Assembly (NCBI GenBank): GCA_037446215.1
Contig: JBBIJB010000008.1
Coordinates: 1 to 32,615 of the forward strand
Direction: 5' to 3'
Source: Armatimonadota bacterium
GTDB taxonomy: Bacteria; Sysuimicrobiota; Sysuimicrobiia; Sysuimicrobiales; Humicultoraceae
Length of the DNA: 32,615 nucleotides
The notes below the pieces were generated by a model. That model saw only the letters and a list, made by a program, of their open reading frames with translations, made no database searches and was not told the DNA's origin. Made by a program: the position numbers and the translations under genes. Shown piece after piece: positions 28,059 through 32,615 of the stretch. How positions within the stretch are numbered: the first letter of the stretch is position 1; every line of letters starts with the position of its first letter.

Positions 28059-29603
28059 ATGCGCTGCGACGCGCCAGCAGGCGGAGGGAGAGTCGCGCGA
28101 ACGCTTGGAGCCGTGATCGCGGCCGCCGGCCTGGCGGTCGCCTCCATCGGCGGCGGCGCGGCCGCGCAGACGCCGAGGGACAGGCTGGTCTTCGCCCTCT
28201 CAGGAGGACCCGACACGCTTGACCCGCAGGCCACATCGGCCACTCTTGCGTTCCAGGTCAACAAGAGCCTCTACGACACGCTCGTCGAGCCCGACGACGA
28301 GGGTAAGATAGTCCCCGGCCTGGCCGAGTCGTGGTCTGTCTCCGCGGACGGGCTGGTGTGGACGTTCAGGCTGCGGTCGGGGGTCAGGTTCCACCACGGC
28401 AAGGTGCTGGACGCGGGCGACGTGAAGGCGACCCTGGAGCGGATCCTCGACCCCGCCACACGCTCGCCCAAGCGCGGCGACTTCGGCGCGATCAAGACGA
28501 TCGAGGTGGTTGATCCGCTGACGGTAAGGATCACGCTCTCGGAGCGGTTCGCCCCGTTCCTTGCCACGCTCGCCCACGGATGGGGAGCCATCCTGCCCGC
28601 CGACCTGATCGCTCGTCGACATGAGTTCGCGACGCGCCCGGTGGGCACAGGCCCGTTCGTGCTGGCGGAGTGGCAGCGCGATTCGTTCGTGCGCCTGACC
28701 CGCTTCGAAGGCTACTTCATCAGGGGGCAGCCGCGTCTCCGCGAGGTGATGATAAGGTTCGTTCCGGAGTCCGCGGTCAAGATAGCCGGGCTGTTCTCGG
28801 GCGAGTTCGACGTCGTGGACATGATCCACCCGCTGGATCTGGTCCGTGTCAGGGCGAATCCGAACGTGGACGTCAGGCCCATGGTGACGAGCCTCGTCAA
28901 CGTGGTCGCGATCAACAACAGCCGCGGGGCGCTGCGTGACGTGCGCGTCCGGCGGGCGCTCTGGCACGCGATAGACAGGAAGCTCGTCCTCAAGACGGCC
29001 TACGGAGACGAGTCTATTCCGACCAACGTCTTCATGGACGTGCTGAGCCCCTACTTCGTGGACATCCCCGATCCGTATCCCTACGACCCCGAACGGGCGC
29101 GCCGCCTGCTCGCGGAGGCCGGACATGCCGCTGGGCTCTCTCTGGACCTGGCGCTGCCGCAGCCCTACACCAGCCACGTCGAGGCGGGCCAGATCGTTCA
29201 GGCGATGCTCGGAAAGGTGGGCATCAGCGCACGACCGCGCGTTGTCGAGTGGGGATTCTGGCTGTCGCGGGTCTTCCGAGGAGGGGAGTACGATCTGACC
29301 GTCATCGGGCACACCGGCAAGCTCGACCCGGACGGCCGCCTCGCGGGGTTCGGGGACCCCGCGGCCAACTATGTTAAGTATGAGAACCAGAAGGTGGCCG
29401 ACTTGATACTAGCGGGCCGGCTGATTGCGGACCCCGCGCTTCGGAAGCGGATCTACGCCGAGGCTTTGAGGATGATGACCGCGGACGCCTCTATGGTGAT
29501 CCTGGGCACCCCGGTCCTCTACATGGCGTCGCAGAAGGCGGTGCGCGACTTCCGCCAGGTCTACGCGATCGACACCTACGACTTCCGCAGGACGATGAGG
29601 TAG
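28059..29603 (+). CDS. Dpp/Opp/Nik-family (cluster C) ABC solute-binding protein
   Basis: Signal peptide ending AAA-Q; TLDPQ, PGLAESW, FRLRSGVRFHHG, PVGTGPF, DVRVRRAL, YPYDPERARRLLAEAG. Exact start uncertain. Confidence 0.92.
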   Translation: MRCDAPAGGGRVARTLGAVIAAAGLAVASIGGGAAAQTPRDRLVFALSGGPDTLDPQATSATLAFQVNKSLYDTLVEPDDEGKIVPGLAESWSVSADGLVWTFRLRSGVRFHHGKVLDAGDVKATLERILDPATRSPKRGDFGAIKTIEVVDPLTVRITLSERFAPFLATLAHGWGAILPADLIARRHEFATRPVGTGPFVLAEWQRDSFVRLTRFEGYFIRGQPRLREVMIRFVPESAVKIAGLFSGEFDVVDMIHPLDLVRVRANPNVDVRPMVTSLVNVVAINNSRGALRDVRVRRALWHAIDRKLVLKTAYGDESIPTNVFMDVLSPYFVDIPDPYPYDPERARRLLAEAGHAAGLSLDLALPQPYTSHVEAGQIVQAMLGKVGISARPRVVEWGFWLSRVFRGGEYDLTVIGHTGKLDPDGRLAGFGDPAANYVKYENQKVADLILAGRLIADPALRKRIYAEALRMMTADASMVILGTPVLYMASQKAVRDFRQVYAIDTYDFRRTMR

Positions 29604-29604
29604 C

Positions 29605-30546
29605 ATGCCGTTCGTAGCCCGGCGGCTCTTCGCCGTCGTGCCGACCGTGCTCGTCGTCGCCACCATCACCTTCCTCGCGCTGCAGGTGATCCCGGGCGAT
29701 ATCGCGGTGGTCATGCTGGGCACGGACGCCCCCAGGGAGGACCTGGCCCGGCTGCGGCAAGAGTTCGGGCTCGACCGCCCCCTCGCGATCCGCTACCTGG
29801 GGTGGCTGGGCAACCTGGCTCGCGGTGATCTAGGCACCTCGGTCGCCTACAGGGAGCCGGCGGGACGCCTGGTCGCCGCGCGGCTGCCGGTGACCATCTC
29901 GGTCGCGTTCGCAGCGATGCTGGTCGCGGTGACGGTGGCGGTCCCGCTGGGGGTCGTCGCCGCCAGGCATCCGTGGTCTCCGACCGATCTGGGGGTGCTG
30001 GCGGGATCGCAGCTGGGATTGGCCGTGCCCACCTTCTGGCTCGGAATCCTGCTGCTGCTCTGGCTGGCCGCTGCCACGCCGATCTTCCCTCTGCAGGGCT
30101 ACGTGGGGCTGACCCGCGACCCGCTCCAGTGGGCCCGCCATCTGGTTCTGCCGGCCGTGGCGCTCGGGGTGGAGAGGGCGGCGGCCCTCGCCCGGCTGGT
30201 CCGGGCGTCGTTCCTGGACGAGCTCGGGCGCGACTACGTCCGCACCGCCCGCGGCAAGGGGCTCGGTGACTCCACGGTGGCGCGGCGGCACGTGCTCCGC
30301 AACGCGCTGATCCCCGTCCTGACCGTCGCCGGGCTCCAGCTCGGCTACCTGCTGGGCGGGACGATCGTGGTGGAACAGGTCTTCGGCCTACCCGGCCTAG
30401 GCCGGCTGCTGCTGCAGGGCATCTACGCGAGAGACCTCGTCGTCGTGCAGGCCTCCGTGATCACCATCGCCGTCATGTTCGCGCTGCTCAACCTGGCCGT
30501 TGACCTGCTCTACGCCGCGGTGGACCCGCGGATCACCTACGACTGA
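29605..30546 (+). CDS. Dpp/Opp ABC permease (DppB-like)
   Basis: IPGD, FGLDRPL, GDLGTS, PTFWLG, DYVRTARGKGL (EAA loop), HVLRNALIP, VVEQVFGLPGLG, DPRI. Confidence 0.94.
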   Translation: MPFVARRLFAVVPTVLVVATITFLALQVIPGDIAVVMLGTDAPREDLARLRQEFGLDRPLAIRYLGWLGNLARGDLGTSVAYREPAGRLVAARLPVTISVAFAAMLVAVTVAVPLGVVAARHPWSPTDLGVLAGSQLGLAVPTFWLGILLLLWLAAATPIFPLQGYVGLTRDPLQWARHLVLPAVALGVERAAALARLVRASFLDELGRDYVRTARGKGLGDSTVARRHVLRNALIPVLTVAGLQLGYLLGGTIVVEQVFGLPGLGRLLLQGIYARDLVVVQASVITIAVMFALLNLAVDLLYAAVDPRITYD

Positions 30547-31421
30547 TGGCAGTAACGACAACGGCGCCCCGGCGCGCGCACCGCAACCTGCCGCTCCTCG
30601 TCGGCGGGGCCGTGGTGTGCCTGATAGCCGCGCTCGCGGCGGGCGCGCCGCTCGTCGCCACCCACGATCCCACTGCGATCGACCCGGAGGTCAGGCTGAA
30701 GGCGCCGGGCGCCGAGCACCTGCTCGGCACCGACCGCCTCGGCCGCGACGTCTTCAGCCGCATCCTCTACGGCGGCAGGGTGGCCCTGGTCGTGGGCGCT
30801 GTCGCCGTCGCGATCGGCGCGGGTGCCGGGATCACGCTCGGCCTGCTCTCGGGCTACCAAGCGGGCCGCCTCGACGCCGTGCTCATGCGCGGGGTGGACG
30901 GGCTGATGGCGTTTCCGGCGCTGCTGCTCGCCATCCTCCTCGTGGCCGCGCTCGGCCCCGGCCACATCCAGGCGATGACCGCGATCGGAATCGTTCTGAT
31001 CCCCACGTTCGCGCGCCTCGCGCGGGCGCAGGCGCTGGCCGCCAGGAAGCTCGAGTACGTGCGGGCCGCGCGGGCGCTGGGCGCGACCGACTTCCGGATC
31101 ATCTTCCGGCACATCCTGCCCAACATCGCCGGCCCGCTGCTGATCCAGGGTACGGTCGCGTTCTCCGGAGCGGTCCTGGCCGAGGCATCGCTCTCGTATC
31201 TCGGGCTGGGCACCCAGCCGCCCACGCCGAGCTGGGGCGGGATGCTCCAGGAGGCGCGGGACGTCCTCTTCGTGGGCCCCTGGATGGCTATCTGGCCGGG
31301 CGTGGCGATAGCGCTGGCGGTGCTGGGCTGGAACCTCCTGGGCGACGGCCTCAGGGACCTGCTCGACCCTAGGCTACGGGGACTGGTCAGGCCGCGGCGC
31401 AGGCACGAGCAGGAAGAGTAG
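30546..31421 (+). CDS. Dpp/Opp ABC permease (DppC-like)
   Basis: HLLGTDRLGRDVFSR, EYVRAARALGA, RHILPN, EASLSYLGLG, PSWG, GDGLRDLLDPR. TGATG overlap with the upstream permease. Confidence 0.94.
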   Translation: MAVTTTAPRRAHRNLPLLVGGAVVCLIAALAAGAPLVATHDPTAIDPEVRLKAPGAEHLLGTDRLGRDVFSRILYGGRVALVVGAVAVAIGAGAGITLGLLSGYQAGRLDAVLMRGVDGLMAFPALLLAILLVAALGPGHIQAMTAIGIVLIPTFARLARAQALAARKLEYVRAARALGATDFRIIFRHILPNIAGPLLIQGTVAFSGAVLAEASLSYLGLGTQPPTPSWGGMLQEARDVLFVGPWMAIWPGVAIALAVLGWNLLGDGLRDLLDPRLRGLVRPRRRHEQEE

Positions 31422-31476
31422 GACGGCACACCGCCGTTCGACCCCGCGGCCAGCTACCCGCTAGCCCTTCGGGATG

Positions 31477-32166
31477 CTACAGGATCTCGTCCCGCTTCTC
31501 GATGTTGTGCCGTGCGCAGAGCAGTTGGATGTTCTCGGGTACGAGCGAAGTGCCTCCCCTGGAGAACGGGACGACGTGGTCGAAGTGGAGCTCGTCAGCA
31601 GCGCCGCATACGACGCACTTGCCACCATCGCGCTGCCAGACCTCGAGCTTGACCGAGGTAGGAATCACTCGGCGGCGAGCCGCGTCGGACCTTGCGGGCA
31701 CACCGAAGTCCTCCTCCCCCTCAACTGCTAGGAGCTTGAACTTGAACACCTCCCGTCCGCCACTCTTCTGGCGCCAGGAGTCTACAAGGTGGAACACTCC
31801 GTTGTAGGACCAGATGCCTTGCCGGATCTTCTCATATACACGAACGCGTTCGGGCGGCTGCAGGCCTACCTTGTACTGCTGGGCTGCCCGGTGGAAGAGC
31901 CCGTTCTGAGTTGGGGAGCCCCCCTCGGAGCGCTCAGGTTGATCAACCCGCTTCGGGACGGGGTTTGCTTGGCTGCGGGGCTGGTCGTGCCCCTCGTAGA
32001 TGAGCACGGTTCCGCCCTCCTGCAGTTCATCATCGTAGGGGGCCCCTGGCCTTACTGACATCAATATGACGGAATGGCCACCCCCTAGGCCGAAGTTCAT
32101 TCCTCGCTGCAGGCTGACGCCTTCGCGGCGGCACATCTCCAGGTAGGAGATAACCTCGTTCTCCAC
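31477..32166 (-). CDS. SRA/YDG-like domain + HNH endonuclease (candidate modification-dependent type IV restriction enzyme)
   Basis: C-terminal RDGGKCVVC...HFDHVVPFSRGG...NIQLLCARHN is a clear HNH zinc motif. The N-terminal region has SRA-like blocks (YDDE...LIYEG, DQ...N, RVRVYEK, YNGVFHLVDSW, VFKFKL); the SRA call is by eye. Confidence 0.8.
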   Translation of the reverse strand: MENEVISYLEMCRREGVSLQRGMNFGLGGGHSVILMSVRPGAPYDDELQEGGTVLIYEGHDQPRSQANPVPKRVDQPERSEGGSPTQNGLFHRAAQQYKVGLQPPERVRVYEKIRQGIWSYNGVFHLVDSWRQKSGGREVFKFKLLAVEGEEDFGVPARSDAARRRVIPTSVKLEVWQRDGGKCVVCGAADELHFDHVVPFSRGGTSLVPENIQLLCARHNIEKRDEIL

Positions 32167-32180
32167 GCCCTCTGTACCGC

Positions 32181-32615
32181 CTAGCCGCTCTTCGGCCGGA
32201 ACTCCGACCGCGGCCCGGTCGACTTGCGCAGCAGGATCTCGTCGTGCCCGGGAACGATGAAGTCCCTAAGCGGCCCCACGACTTCGTATCCCAGCCGCTC
32301 GTAGAGGCGCGCAGACGAAGACGTTGGGGGTGGCCCGGTTGATGAACTCCTCGGCCCAGCCCATCAGGCGAGAGCCGACCCCGTAGCCCCTATGGGCGGG
32401 GTCCACCCAGATCGACTGGATGTACCCGGCCAACGGGCCGCGGGTGTCGATGACGACGAACCCCACAACCTGCCCCTGGTACTCGGCCACGAATACATCC
32501 CTGCCGGGGTCGGAGATGATCGCGTGCGACTCCTCCTCCGTGCGGCCCAGGCTCTTCCAGGGCTCGGACTCGGCCATGTGCCGGGCGAGGCGGCGAGGTT
32601 CGGGATCTCCCTCCA
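32181..32615 (-). pseudogene. GNAT (RimI-like) acetyltransferase, frameshifted near 32310 and probably 5'-truncated by the window edge
   Basis: Frame A: MAESEPW...YIQSIWVDPAHRGYGVGSRLM...NVFVC. Frame B resumes RLYERLGYEVVGPLRDFIVPGHDEILLRK and stops at 32181. The conserved S-x-N-x-x-A segment between them is missing. Confidence 0.8.

Noticed and set aside
26985..29603. 872-aa ORF suggesting a giant SBP fusion
   Set aside because: The first ~358 codons overlap the SagB and TIM-barrel genes in another frame and read as R/G/P-rich noise. The signal peptide and SBP motifs start at about 28059.
31422..31476. Terminator between the dppC-like gene and the HNH gene
   Set aside because: Only short stems (ACGGC/GCCGT and CCC-TTCG-GG) and no U tract; too weak to call.

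Overview
A gene-dense, GC-rich bacterial chromosomal segment with 28 supported protein-coding loci. I found no rRNA, tRNA, CRISPR array, transposase or phage gene. From left to right: (1) a 7Fe-type ferredoxin with an unusual ~41-aa insertion; (2) an acetyl-CoA carboxylase operon (fused accD-accA, accB, accC); (3) a ROK kinase and an SPFH/band-7 protein; (4) a TAXI-TRAP transporter with a long structured leader; (5) an orphan MalK/MsmX-type ATPase and a PGI/PMI; (6) a small unknown protein, an NDP-sugar epimerase and a glycogen-type cluster of glgC plus three different GH57 enzymes, with no glgA in the window; (7) an arsR-arsM cassette wedged between two convergent GH57 genes; (8) glcD-glcF-glcE; (9) a SagB-type nitroreductase, a TIM-barrel enzyme and a Dpp/Opp-type SBP with two permeases; (10) an SRA-like + HNH nuclease and a frameshifted GNAT gene cut by the right edge. 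The best leads are the SRA-HNH candidate modification-dependent nuclease, the palindromic in-frame ferredoxin insertion, the TAXI leader RNA, the GH57-only alpha-glucan module with its unknown repeat protein, and the dominance of TAG stops (18 of 28, no TAA). All calls come from motif recognition by eye; no database searches or folding calculations were run. Cleavable non-lipoprotein signal peptides on both SBPs suggest a diderm host.
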